From contig FLMG01001713.1 of the NCBI GenBank assembly GCA_900088475.1, forward strand, positions 1 to 35,957: a DNA stretch of 35,957 nucleotides, written 5' to 3'. This DNA comes from Hyphochytrium catenoides (taxonomy: Eukaryota; Protista; Hyphochytriomycota). The notes below the pieces were generated by a model. That model worked only from the letters and a program-made list of their open reading frames with translations, had not been told where the DNA came from and did not search any database. Of the stretch, positions 12,295-23,992 are shown one piece after another (positions within the stretch are counted from its first letter, which is position 1; each line of letters begins with the position of its first letter). The position numbers were made by a program, and so were the translations under genes.

Positions 12295-12745
12295 CTCTTT
12301 AGAAGGAAGGCTGCTGTCTCTCCCTTGCACATCAGTGGCCCTCTCCTGTCCCTGTCGTACCTACTCCCATTGAAGAGAGTTTTTTGGGCGAGCGTTCCCG
12401 TCCTATTCCTGCGGAGTTCGTGTTGGAAGCCAAAGCTTTTCATGGACAGTGTGCGGAACCTATTTGCTCCACTGTCCTCTTTATCCTAATAGCACTGTGC
12501 AGCTTGTTACAAGTTAATGCCGATGTCACCTGTGATAGCTCTGTGGCCAAGGGATCCTCTCCACCTGCACATCGCCCTCTCTTTGCCACCCATACTTGTT
12601 GAAGGGAGGCCTGTCTTCTGTTTATTCTGATCATTCACGGTGGAGCCTTCTCCTCGCTCTTAGTGAAGCGGGGAATAGCAAGCAAGAGGACAGCAGGTAG
12701 AGAGAGAGTTGGCGACAGGAAAGTAGAGTGAGTTAGCGGGATAAA

Positions 12746-14422
12746 CTATCTTGCTTGAAGAGCTGCCCCAACGACAAATAAACCAACGAACGGGAAAAGG
12801 TTTGGCAGTGAGTGAGTCCCGGCTGCACTGCCCTCGGCTTTCTCTCCGTTCGTTGTCACGGGCCTCTCAACCGCGGCATCAGTTTCGTTCTTACTCTTCG
12901 ATCTATCAGTGTTATGAGCTACACTTCCTTGCTTCTTATCGGCAGCAAACTCTGTTGCAGGGGCCCTCCAGCTCTTTGCATCTTGACATTTCACTGCTTG
13001 TGAGCCATCCACAGGGATATGCGCACAGTACTCCTCTTTCGAGCCACCACTCAACGGCTTTGTGAAGGTCTCCGCCCAGGTCCAAGCGCTGTCGTCAGGC
13101 GATAAGAATCGGACCGTGGCCCATTCGGTGCCGAAATACATCTCTGTGTAAGCGTAAATTCCGCCAGACCTCCACACGCTAGCAGCGCCAGCGCCTTCGA
13201 TAGGCGCACCAGCACTTTCTGCGGTGATACCACCTCCTGAACCATCCATCAGATAGTGGACCTTGGTCGCATCTTGATAGTCATGGGAGGGCGCGTGGGT
13301 ATGGCCACACAGGAAGATATTGACTTTCCCCTTTATGGTCTCTGTGAGGAGCTTAAACTCTCTGCTCTGGGGATCAAAGTGTCTGACAGGGCAATAGTGG
13401 GAGCTCACCACCTTCCAGGTAGCTTGGGACTTGTCCAAGTCCGCTGCGAGCTTCTCCATCGACTCCTCGAACCAGCTTTGGATACATCGGCACAAGCTTT
13501 GAAGATGTTCATCGGTGCACAGAGCTCTGAGCCAGGTGAGGCGTCACTGCACAGCCCGCACTCTACTGCTGTCTTTCCCCCATCTGGGCAAGTAGCTTTG
13601 ACTTTCCCACCGTAGCCATAGCATTGACAGCAGATGTCTTTGACTCCGTGTACACTCGCGACATTGGTGTCCACTGTGTAAACATCCACTGTCACCCCGT
13701 TCTCTTCGAAGGATTTCTTATAGTACGCGCCCTCGAACTTCCACCGACCTGTCCTCGATCTCAAGCTGTAGTCCTTCTGTGCGTTAAAGTATTTCATCAG
13801 CGCCTCCTTGGCCTCATCAGCTGATGTACATTCCTCGTGCCAGCGGTCGTTCATCTTGGTCGTTCCTCGGTCTGTGCCGCATAGGTAGTGAGAGCCACCG
13901 AGGTCGTGATTCCCCAAGCACATAAGCCAGGGAATGTTCATTAGCGAGGGGGCATTATACTTGTCCTCGAAGACGGCTCTGAACATCTGGGAGTCTGGGT
14001 TAGCGACGCCGTCCCAGTAGAAGTTGTCTCCCTGTGTAATGACGGCTTTTGGCTTGATGTTGGTGGCTGAGTCTCCCATTAGGGCGGCGATGGCATCCTG
14101 GGCGTGCCACTGACGCCACCAGCCACTTGAGCCGCAGGCCACAACCCTTGTGATTCACCCCTGAGCCCCACCCTGGCTCGCCCTCTTCGGTGAGAGCTGC
14201 AGCACACATTGGATTCCGTGATTTCTTAGTCTTCGGATCCTCGTCTTGTGCTCCCTGTCCCGCGACAGTGGCGCCAAAGTCGCCAAGAGTAAGGAAAGTA
14301 AGAGAGCCATAGTCCTTGTTCGTGGCGGGTGGAGGCGTCACGACTGGGGCCTTTCTTGTGCCGCCGATGGCGCTGGGGAACGCGAGGCCCACGGTAAGGA
14401 TAAGGATGTCTTGCAACCGCAT
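12746..14422 (-). CDS. Secreted, probably GPI-anchored calcineurin-like metallophosphoesterase (purple acid phosphatase / tartrate-resistant acid phosphatase 5-like), about 558 aa; frame broken twice (near 14150-14105 and near 13484), so either a recent pseudogene or assembly indels
   Basis: Signal peptide MRLQDILILTVGLAFPSAIG. All five PAP metal-ligand motifs occur in order across three consecutive ORF pieces: GDFG, GDNFY, GNHD, VSSH, GHTH. There is a Cys-rich insert (DICCQCYGY), an S/T/A-rich linker and a hydrophobic C-terminus (LFPFVGLFVVGAALQAR). Confidence 0.85.
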
Positions 14423-14841
14423 GACTCTGATTTGCCTCTGTCTCGAGCAGCTTTTCTCTCTCCCGGCTGTCACTCTCTTCTCTCTCCTACCCGGCAAATT
14501 ACTTCTTGCCACCCTAGCACCAACCACGAAGGAAGCAATGAAAGATTGAAGAATCGATAAGACGGGTGTGAAGATAGTATCGGCAGTGAAGCCGTCTCTT
14601 GAAAGGCAAAAGCAAAAGAAAGAGTAGTGGGGAGACAGCCTTGACACGGTTGATGCCTAGCTCCCTTGCCGCCCTTGCCGCATGAATGACGGAAAGACTA
14701 ATAGGTTATAGCTTTCTATTAGTCGGCTCGCATGCCTCGTTACGCTTTACCCTATCTGGCGCTGACGAACATTTTCTTTTCATTCTAACTCTCGGTCTTG
14801 TCCGACTCCCGTTTCTTCTCCCACCTTCCATCGTTTACAAT

Positions 14842-14847
14842 CTTCTT

Positions 14848-14892
<45 letters not shown>

Positions 14893-14915
14893 TTCCTCTC
14901 TTTCTCTCTCCCTCC
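14842..14915. repeat. (CT)n microsatellite
   Basis: Directly visible. Confidence 0.9.
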
Positions 14916-17714
14916 GTGTCACTCCCGCCTCCTCCTCTTAGATGTGTCCCACTTCCCACATCCCTTCTTTCGTCCTTCCTTCGCTAGCTTCCAAGCACAT
15001 CTCTGCTCTCAACACCTCTTTCCCTCTCGTCCTCTTATTTCGTCCGCCTCTATCTCCTGCAAGCTCCATTCCTCGCTTCCCTCGCTAAAGCGCCATCCTC
15101 AATCTAAGGGGCTGCCGATGGTATGACGGCGTGATGGCCAATATCTTTCTTCGTCCTTCCGGAGCTTCAGAATCTTCGTCAGTCTCTGTCTGCATCTTCA
15201 TTTCTCCGAATCTTTTCCATCACCCAAAGCCGAGCCGTCACGGGTCAAAAACAACGCCAAACAGGGATTCGAGAAGCAAAAGGTACCGACAACAGTGTGT
15301 GGGAGAGAGAGTTCTTGTATTATATAACCCTAGGGCGGGTGTGTTAACTGCAATAGAATAGCAAAGATTTAATGCTGGGGAAAGCGTCAACCTCTTTAGG
15401 CATACGGAGACTACTGTCACTGTAAAATGCTTCGTTAATAATAGATTTCGTGGTTGGAGGCGCTTCTGGTACCTGGGAGGCTGACAACTCTCACTCTTTC
15501 TCTTCTATTGGCTGTTATTCTCATTTGATGGTTACCTGTCACATTGGTTGTAGCCATGTTGCAGTCCTACCCCAGGAACACAAGGTGGATACTTTGTCCA
15601 CTGGCTCTTTCTCAATCGACGCGAAACAAAAAAAAATCTAACTAAAGACAGGGGAGGAACCACACATTTTGAAGAGGAGTGGTGAGGAGCTACAGTAGCA
15701 GGAGAGAGGGAGAGACAGGAGACGATAGAATAAGACTGTGACAGAAAGAGAATGAGAGAGAGGAGACGAGGAGACATTTTATGGGGGCCGGCTGCTGCTG
15801 CTGTTAGCTTGCGGCGGGACGGACATGATTTATTGTTAATGATAAGGGAGCGAGGACGGACGACGAAGAAGGGAAAGAGAAGACAAGAAGAGAAGAATCG
15901 CGAGAGGTGGTGGTGTACTGTACGACGAAGCAAATGATGAAGAAGGGTATTCCTAGTCAGATGGCACAAGCAGTGCAGGAGGAAGAAACGATAACATTAA
16001 CACGTAGCAAGCGCCATCACCACCTTAATACTCAACCAAGACTAAATGATGATGACACCGACGATCTTTTACTAGGAGGGAAGACTGAAGAGGACTATGC
16101 AGTAGTACGACTGTAGTGCGTCACAGGAGGACGACGGAGGAGACAAGACGGGAATGAATGGAGAATATCGATCGAGGGGAGGAGGAGGCAGGAAGTAAGA
16201 AGAGGAGCGTGAAAAAGAAGAGAATGAAAAGTAGGACTAGTACTACTGATACTACTGGTTGGGCGTACCACGCACCAGAAAGAGCTCATTTGGTCCTGTT
16301 ACAAGCCCTGCCGCCGAGGATGACCTGGTCAGAAGAAGAGCTAGTTCAATAATAATGTAAATTTTTTTTTATTGAAAACAAATAGAAAGGCACAAATGCC
16401 ATCTTCTTATTATTAGCGTTCTCCCCGCCACCAATCGCCGCCGCCGCCTGTGACCTTCTTGTTTCTTCATTAAATTACATGCATGCGTCATAACCAGCAG
16501 AGTGGATGTTTCCCACTCAGGCCGTTGTTGCTAATTGTAAATTTTGTGAAGAAGTGGTAGGTCGCCTTCTTTGGACCTGGATGTGGGCGGTGCCTGCGAT
16601 CTAGTAAAGCGGGATGGCCGCTTTCTCCTCGCTCCTCTCCAGCACCTTTTCCATTTTGTTTTGTGAGATAGGACTTGTTTGTTGGCTTTGGACCTCGAAG
16701 ACTGATTGATGAGGTCAGCCACCAATGATCGATCTTTTATTACTTGTCTCGACATCAGGAATAACCCACCTATTGGGAAGGCTGCTTGCCGCGCTATCTT
16801 ATGCTGCTCCTCCATCATGAGATGAGAAAGTTATCACAATGGTCCCACGATTTATTGCTTTCTTTGCTTCTCGTCTTGATGGGGATGATGGCGCTTCTCA
16901 ATGCTGATAGATTCGCCACTGAACTAGAAGAAAGCGCCACAACGCGAGATAAGGGATGAATTCGAGAAGAAAGCGGTTGCCTGCCATGCTAATAAGCCCA
17001 TCATCCACCACACGCGCAACGCGGAACTGTGAATTGCGTGACTGTTGTGACTGAAGTATTGTTGCTTCGTTCGTCGCCATCAACCTACTTTGCTTCTTGC
17101 GATTATTAGTCATCTACCTTAAGCTCATCTTTGTTGATAGCTTTTCGCCATGATGACTCTTTTTCTCTCTCCTTGTATAATATTATAAGGAGAAAAAGAT
17201 GATGAAGGTAAACCTCACCACCACCAACAACAACAATCTTGAGCTCTATGGTAAGTTTATCAAACGTTGTGATCCACTACCGCTGTTTGCCTCTTCTTCT
17301 CTCTTAAGCCAATTCTTGCGCTCTGATTGACAGCCAAGCATCAGTGAGTGAGGAGAAAAGGAGAGAAGGAGGGAGTAGAAGAATAAAGAAAAAGATGATA
17401 TCGAAAGGAGGGCTACTACTCTTCTTCTTCTGAGGACTAGGAAATAATGATGTTGACGGGTCGTACACAGGTTATAAAACAGGAGCATTTTCACCAGTAA
17501 AAAAACGATTCTTTTCTACAAATGTAGTTGGTCCCCGCTCTAGCTTCTTGCATGATTGAGCGCGATGTGATGATGGTCTTGGGCCCACGCCCCGTTCTTC
17601 TTCTCCTCCTTCGTCTCCTATCATTATTGCGGGAAGAGCTCAACAACTATGATTCTCCTTCCTTTTCCGCCATTGATAATGGGCGGGGGAAAGAGAGTCC
17701 AGGGCTTTGTAGCT

Positions 17715-17787
17715 CTCGTCTTCTCTTCATTTTCCTTCTTCTTCTTGTTCTTGTTCTTCTTCTTCTTCTTCATTCACTTCTTCTTCC
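17715..17787. repeat. (CTT)n/(GTTCTT) trinucleotide tract
   Basis: Directly visible; a second (CTT)n tract lies at about 17960-18010. Confidence 0.85.
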
Positions 17788-18721
17788 TAGTTAGTTCTAA
17801 GAGAGCAGGAAAGAACATTATCATAGACTCACCTTTTTTTCTATAGAACTATCTTCCTAATAAAGATTTGGGAAGTCAATGATGATTCTCTGGAAACTTG
17901 ACAGAGAACTAGATTCGGCTCCTCTACTTGAAAATTAGGGAACTACTGAATAAAATATTTTTTTCTTCTCTTCTTCTTCCTCTTCTTCTTTTTCTCTTTC
18001 TTCTTCTTCTAGAATTAGTCTGTTATAAAGCCTAATACTTTTTAGCACTTTCAAAAAACGAAAATAAGTTACAGAAGAGGAATAAAAAGAAGTAAATAAC
18101 CCCGCATGTCGCGAGCCGTATAGGTTTCGGAACACAAATAACTTTCGGGTATCTTTCCAAAAGTGGTTGACTTTTGGCCATCACATTGTCAGGCCCTTGT
18201 GATGACCAAGAATAGAAGAGCCCTCTATTTCTTACCCGGTGACAGGTCACCTGGCTGGCTTCGTTTTCTCTATTGTGTTGCACACTGCCGCTCCCAACAA
18301 GCAGCGCGATACCTCTCCGCTCTGGCGTGTCAGTCCAGGGAAGCAGTGGAACAATCAAGAAAGGGCAGGAGTCAGCAGAAGTAGATAAACAGAGAAAGCA
18401 TGAAGAGGAAAGAGCCAGAAAATCAATGCGAAAGACAGAGCGAAGCCTTTCTCTTCAAAATCTCAAAAAAGCACTTTTGTTTCGAAGAAGAATAGACAGT
18501 GTGGACAGAAAGATACTCAAAATTACGGGACAATTAATGGAAAGAGACAGAGACAGAGGCAGAGAGATCATTTTGTAATCTGGCTTTTCGGGGGTTTGCC
18601 TTGGGCCTTGCAGGGCGGCAGTCTGGGACCTTGTGTCACGACATAAAAAGGCTTGAGCTTGAAAAAGAACAGGTACTATTGCACAAAATAGAGTTTTATG
18701 GCTTGGGGTATCTTAACCTTG

Positions 18722-18962
18722 ACGAGACAGAGTCAGGAACAGGGAGACAGAGATAGACAGAGTTAGGAACTGGGAAAGAAGAAGAGGGAGGGTAGAGAGA
18801 GCCAAAGAGAGAGGTACAGAGAGATACAGAGAGAGAGTGAGTGAGAGAGACAGAGAGACAGAAGACAGAGCGAGAGAGAGAGAAGAAGAAAGAGAGAGAG
18901 AGAGAGANNNNNNNNNNNAGAGAGAGAGAGAGAGAGAGTGAAAGGGAGAGAGAGAGGGAGAG
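18722..18962. repeat. (GA)n / GACA polypurine tract (includes N gap 18908-18918)
   Basis: Directly visible upstream of the 19419 gene. Confidence 0.9.
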
Positions 18963-19418
18963 TAAAGAATATCCTCGGTCTCATTTATAGAGCCAAACTT
19001 TTGCTCCATAGAGAGTGCCTTCCAGCTCCATACAAAGCAAAGGACACTGCGCACGGAGGGAGGATAAAAAGGTAAAAGGCAGGTCTCGTCATCGGCGTCA
19101 CAATCCTCTCACGGTCGCCCAAACCCCTTCTCAAGCTCTGTCGCGCCTTCTTCTTCCCAGCTTCCAGGGCAAAGAATCAGGGAGACAGTAGGCAGAGAAA
19201 CGCTGCTGTTCGCCTACATGAGATAGAGCTTTCTCAAGCCCATGCAACCAGACCTCCAAGAACTCTTTCGTGGCTTCTTCTCAGTCAAGTCCCTGGTATC
19301 TTGACACAAGGTACGGATCTCTGAGAAATCGAAGAAAGATAGAGACGAGCAACGAAGACCAAATACCCATACCGTAGGCAGCTTATCAGCTGGCCCTTTA
19401 GGGAGGGGAGGCTTCAAA

Positions 19419-20843
19419 ATGGTCCGCGCCAAGCCTCTTTTAGCGGCAGTGGCGACGTTATTGTTGCAGCTGTTGGATGCCGTGCAAGCGCAAAGTTCTG
19501 CGTGTTCGTCTCCCTGTGTCATTCAGGGAGGAGGAGGTACATGCGCAGGTTCCTGCCCAGAATATCCTTGCCGGGTTCCTGCTGCCACAGCGGGCTCTGC
19601 GGCGCCCTATGACTGTTATGTGACAAATCAAGGGCAGTGTGAGAATCTTTTCGGCTTTGGTCCAGTTCCAGGCGTTGTTGACTGCAGAAACAGCGCCAGC
19701 ACGCCTACCGTTGCTCCTAGTCCGTCCCCCACTCCTCCGCCACCCCCAACCCCTACCCCTTCTCCTCCTTCCTCTCCGCAGCCTTCGCCTTCCCCCGTCA
19801 CAAATCCAAAGCCAGAGCCACTTCCCAGTCCATCGCCAAGCCCTAGCAAAGGTCCACTTCAACCTCCTCCGTCTCCGTCTGCTCCTTCTCCCTCAACTAG
19901 CGAAACCCCGATCGGGCCCTCACCTTCTCCATCTTCTTCCACCTCTCCGTCGCCTCCTTCCTCTTCAGACTCAAATCCTTCCACCAACCCCGGCTCAAAG
20001 GATGCAAGCGTGTTGACTCCAACATCGTCTGCCCCTGGGACAACTCCCGGAGTCACGACTAAAGCTCCAACCTCCGAAGCAGATCCAACTACAGCGTCAC
20101 CTACAGAAGAGGGTGACAGTGAATCATTTTTCAGTTCGACCATTGGCATTACAATGACGGCACTTATAGGAGCTCTAGCTCTCATCGCTATTGTTCTTGC
20201 TTCTCTCTTCTTGATAAGGAGAAAGAAAAAAGGGGCAGCGAGTAAGAGAAGACAAGCCACTGATGCTGATAACGAGGGTGGCAGAGGAGGAGCGGGAGGA
20301 CGTCAAGCTCCACCAATCGTTGTTCTGCCTACGCATCCGGATGCAAACAACGGCAAAACGAACAGCGAGCTTGAGAGCTATCAGGGCTCCAGCATGGACA
20401 CTGCAGGAGGCATCCACATGTCGACCACCCCAGTCACCGCGTATGCCGTCTATGCAGAGGCTTCAAGAGCTTCCGTTCTAGATCCAGCAGCGGCTTCAAC
20501 TAGTGGCAGGCCTGCCGCTGTCACATTAGAACAGAAGATCAGAGAGCTTCAGCGGGAGAGGACAAGGGCGGAGTCCGTTACAGCTCCCGTTCCTGTTCGG
20601 GCACCTTCGTTGACAGAGGACACCGCTTCAGTGGGTCTGACCGATCGGCCTCCAAGCTTCAGCACATTTGACGGTACCGTTGATTTGGACGAGGTGATAG
20701 CCAAACAAGAGAACTATGCACCTACGCCAGAAGATAATTCAATGGGAAGCATGACCACGCATCAAGTATCAGATCTTTCTGGATCGGAAGTGCGCCATGG
20801 GGTTTCAGAAGGGCGATCAGAGCCGTCAGTAATCAACGTGTAG
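19419..20843 (+). CDS. Single-exon type I transmembrane cell-surface protein, 474 aa (signal peptide, 8-Cys domain, Pro/Ser/Thr stalk, TM helix, about 200 aa cytoplasmic tail)
   Basis: Uninterrupted 474-aa ORF with an N-terminal hydrophobic leader ending VQA-QS, a SPSP/PTP stalk, and a TM segment (IGITMTALIGALALIAIVLASLFLI) followed by an RRKKK stop-transfer cluster. Confidence 0.88.
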   Translation: MVRAKPLLAAVATLLLQLLDAVQAQSSACSSPCVIQGGGGTCAGSCPEYPCRVPAATAGSAAPYDCYVTNQGQCENLFGFGPVPGVVDCRNSASTPTVAPSPSPTPPPPPTPTPSPPSSPQPSPSPVTNPKPEPLPSPSPSPSKGPLQPPPSPSAPSPSTSETPIGPSPSPSSSTSPSPPSSSDSNPSTNPGSKDASVLTPTSSAPGTTPGVTTKAPTSEADPTTASPTEEGDSESFFSSTIGITMTALIGALALIAIVLASLFLIRRKKKGAASKRRQATDADNEGGRGGAGGRQAPPIVVLPTHPDANNGKTNSELESYQGSSMDTAGGIHMSTTPVTAYAVYAEASRASVLDPAAASTSGRPAAVTLEQKIRELQRERTRAESVTAPVPVRAPSLTEDTASVGLTDRPPSFSTFDGTVDLDEVIAKQENYAPTPEDNSMGSMTTHQVSDLSGSEVRHGVSEGRSEPSVINV

Positions 20844-21210
20844 CGAGTGAGAACCCATGAAGAAAGACAGCCATTCGTCTAGAGACACAGAGAGGGAGCC
20901 TGAAGAGCCTCCTCGTTCGGTGACCTATTTAATCGCCTATTAACTTATTTTCCTGCACCCACCCTTTGAGACCACTGGTATCTACATGCACTCGTAAGGG
21001 CTTGAGAGGTACTACAGAGACGTCAGGAAAGACCCTAGCCCACTGTCATATATTAGTGGGCGAAGAGAATAGAGTTCTTAGCGGATAATGGGTAACGCTT
21101 TGTGAGAAGGTCACAATCATTGTTTATTCGCTAAAAAGCAACCTGCGTTACTAAAGAGATTATAAGTGATGGGGCGATGATGGGACGCTGGGTCAGATGA
21201 GGTGGAAAGC

Positions 21211-22361
21211 TTAGAGGTTGAAGGGCAGCTTATCTCCAGCCACGAATTGTCGGGTCACTTGGTCCTTCTCAATGGTGACAAGACGGATGACGCCACCTGA
21301 GGAACCGTCCCGGGCCATAGCATGGGAGAGGGACCGCTTTACGAACTCCTGACATTCCTCTTTGGTCATGTTGGGCCTGTTCAGAGGGCAGCGAGAAATA
21401 CTGATTAGCGCCTAGTGCTGGAAATTTGTACACAGGAACATGTGCCCCAACAAAGCGGCGCTCAAGGCGTCACACGAGAGAGACAGAGAGAGGATGAGGA
21501 GTTCAAACTAACCTGTAGGCTGAGTCCACATAGCCATAGATATACGTGGACCCTGAGCCTCCAATAGCGAAATTCTGCTCGACCATCGCTCCTCCCAGAG
21601 GGATCGAATACACTTGTCCTCCTCGTACTGGATCCCAGCCAGCCACAATGATGCCAGCCATAAGCCTAAGTGGATGGAATAGATTACGCAGCAGAGGCAA
21701 ACATGAGAGAAGAGCAGTTACAATGATGCGGAACCCAGACCGGTGGTGGAAGAAAATGGCCAGCCCTTTAGAAGGAAGGACATAGTTCGTAGTTACCTGT
21801 CTTTGTATTGATAGCAGATGTTCCGGAAGAGATTGGATGCCGTCTTCACCGTCGGCAGCGTCCCTTTCTCGGTTGAGTGGGCAGAAAGATAGTATCGAAC
21901 AATGTCCGAAACGGCCTAGAGGGCAAAGCAATTGGATGAGCCTTTAGTGACAAGCTCTGTATCGGTATGGGAAAGACAAAAGGAGGAACTTAGCCCTGAA
22001 GAAAGCGTAAGGAGACGACACCGTTCTCAAGAGCACTATAAGACATTCCGTATCGAAGTTCATACCTGAGTATCAGCAGCAGAGCCAGATCTACAGCAGT
22101 ATATTCTGTCGTGCACGTAGGTAAGTTTATCACTGACACGGTTGGCTATGTAGGTGCCGGTACTTGTTCTTGAATCTGCCCCAAGCACCACGCCGCCGTT
22201 AAACTTCACCTAAGATGATCGTGTGCGACAGTTAAGCAACAGCTGCAATGCAGACATCAATAGACTGAGCATACCGCCATAATAGATGTCCCGGCATCTA
22301 TTTCATTAGGCTTGAGTCCAGAGTAGAGAGGATCATTATCGGCATTCTCTCTTTGAATCAT
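21211..22361 (-). CDS. PSMB6: 20S proteasome subunit beta type-6 (beta-1, PRE3 ortholog), 222 aa; exons 22361-22275, 22209-22066, 21915-21797, 21665-21513, 21376-21211
   Basis: The propeptide ends in G|TSIMA (catalytic Thr1), followed by [59 protein letters not shown] and [13 protein letters not shown]. It has four GT-AG introns and 669 nt in frame. Confidence 0.96.
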
Positions 22362-23992
22362 CCTTTTTTCTTCTAGCGTAGATGCGTATGCGTTAATATA
22401 ACCTTAGTCAATCTCTCAAACCTATGCCGACCTTCTTTCCCAAGACGACACTTGCTAAATACCAAGAGGGCAGTCACCAAAGCGGACTTGGGTGAGGATA
22501 GCACTGCTTATCGGAGACAATGCTTACAACTGTATCCAGAGATCTCTGTGGAGTTCATCTGAAGCTTTTGCTGGCATTTCCCAAGCTCAATCAGAGATCT
22601 CTTGGGACTTGGATCCTTCCATAACGGGCTATTACATATGAGTTATTCTCAATAATATGTATCGTCGCATCGTCGCCTCATATCGGTAAGAAGTTTATTG
22701 CTTAGCAATCTATAAATCTTTCATTCGTCCCTCTAACCTAATAGCGCGTCTTCACCTGTAGAAGTTTAAGGACTTCCCTTTCAAAAGTGAGAAAGAAATG
22801 AAATCTATTTCATTCCTAATAATCTTGGGAACCAACCCGACTTCTGGATTGTATACAGCACAGTACTGTACACTAAACATCACGTACACGGTCGCACGAA
22901 CCAAGCCGTCCTCTCATCCAAAACGATGTCTCCATTGCAGCGCCAGACGCAGCAGCGCATCGCCAACAGTCATCGGTCATCGGGTTTGTTGCCCAGAAGA
23001 ACCCGATGCCATCGCGATCGCGACTATTTTTTGCCTGATGATGGAAAGAGTTCAGTAGGTTTGTGCTGCTCATTGGCCGGTGCACAGCGGTACAGGGTAG
23101 ACATGAAGCTCATACTGTCACCGAGGAGTCCATGTGGACTAGCTGGGAGGTATGGCGAAGCGATGGCTAGCGGAAACGGCAGCAGCTCGACGGCACGCCC
23201 TGTGTAGTCATATGCTCGTGCAGAAAGCAATAGCTGCTTGGTAAAGGTGCAGCGACTGTCTTCTCATGGAAAGAAAGTGACGGGAATCGCGTTAGTGTGT
23301 ACTGGTAGGCACACGAACCTCAGTGACCTCCTAGGATGGGCTTCCCAAGCGAAGTAGGTCTCACTATATGGGAACAACTTTATTTTGGGCAATCAACGAT
23401 GGACTCTCCTCTCAGATGAAACCTATACTGCATGTCGACAGTAAGATGTCCGATATCACGATGTAAGTCCTTAGCTTTGCATTCAGAAAGTTTGATCATC
23501 CATGTCATTAGCTCCAAGCCGGGTGACATTCACCAGAGGGTTCAGCTGTTAGCCGACCATTGCTCGTGCTGTCGTCTCCAGTGACAATTTAGTAAAGATT
23601 GATGACATATAATGAATGTTGAGCCTAGATGCTGAAGAACAGTTACGATGCTCAAGCGGCCCCCTGAGATATGATCAGTTCTGACAAGCATCAGCACACA
23701 GGCACAAGCTCTTCGACCATTCCCTAGTCACCCTACGCCATGAGGCATAGCAGTGCTAGCCCAAACAACCCCGCCAGGTTGACGACAGAAGAAGATGCTT
23801 ACTAAACGACCTTATTATATTTTTGTTAGTAGAACGGTATGAACAACGGCATTCATTGCAGGAACTTCTGCAAGGTACCCTGTACCCTGCCAAGCATCTG
23901 TGGCCATTATCCTTGTCATATATCACCGGTTGCGCAATATCTGTACATTGCTTAATGGCCGCGCCATGGAGTCCTTTGGAGCTATTTTATGC

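Noticed and set aside
13467-14172. Micro-intron rescue of the phosphatase frameshifts (25- or 49-nt GT-AG at the first break, 20-nt GTATCC...CGAG at the second)
   Set aside because: These are arithmetically possible, but the modelled introns here are at least 65 nt, typically with branch sites and pyrimidine tracts. These candidates have neither, and the 20-nt one would delete a helix segment containing a Trp.
16525-16560. CKFC word suggesting a BED zinc finger of a hAT transposase
   Set aside because: There is no downstream His pair or transposase context, and the frame closes soon after.
17158-17199. Imperfect inverted repeat around the palindrome TATAATATTATA
   Set aside because: The arms are low-complexity CT/AG sequence that is expected by chance in this genome.
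19458-20481. Overlapping antisense or alternative-frame ORFs within the 474-aa gene (similarly within the GPAT, phosphatase and S8 genes)
   Set aside because: They are shadows of real coding sequence with biased composition and have no independent motifs.
22275-22292. Proteasome beta-1 mature N-terminus TSIMA rather than TTIMA
   Set aside because: The catalytic Thr1 is intact and Ser at position 2 also occurs in yeast Pre3, so this is not unusual.
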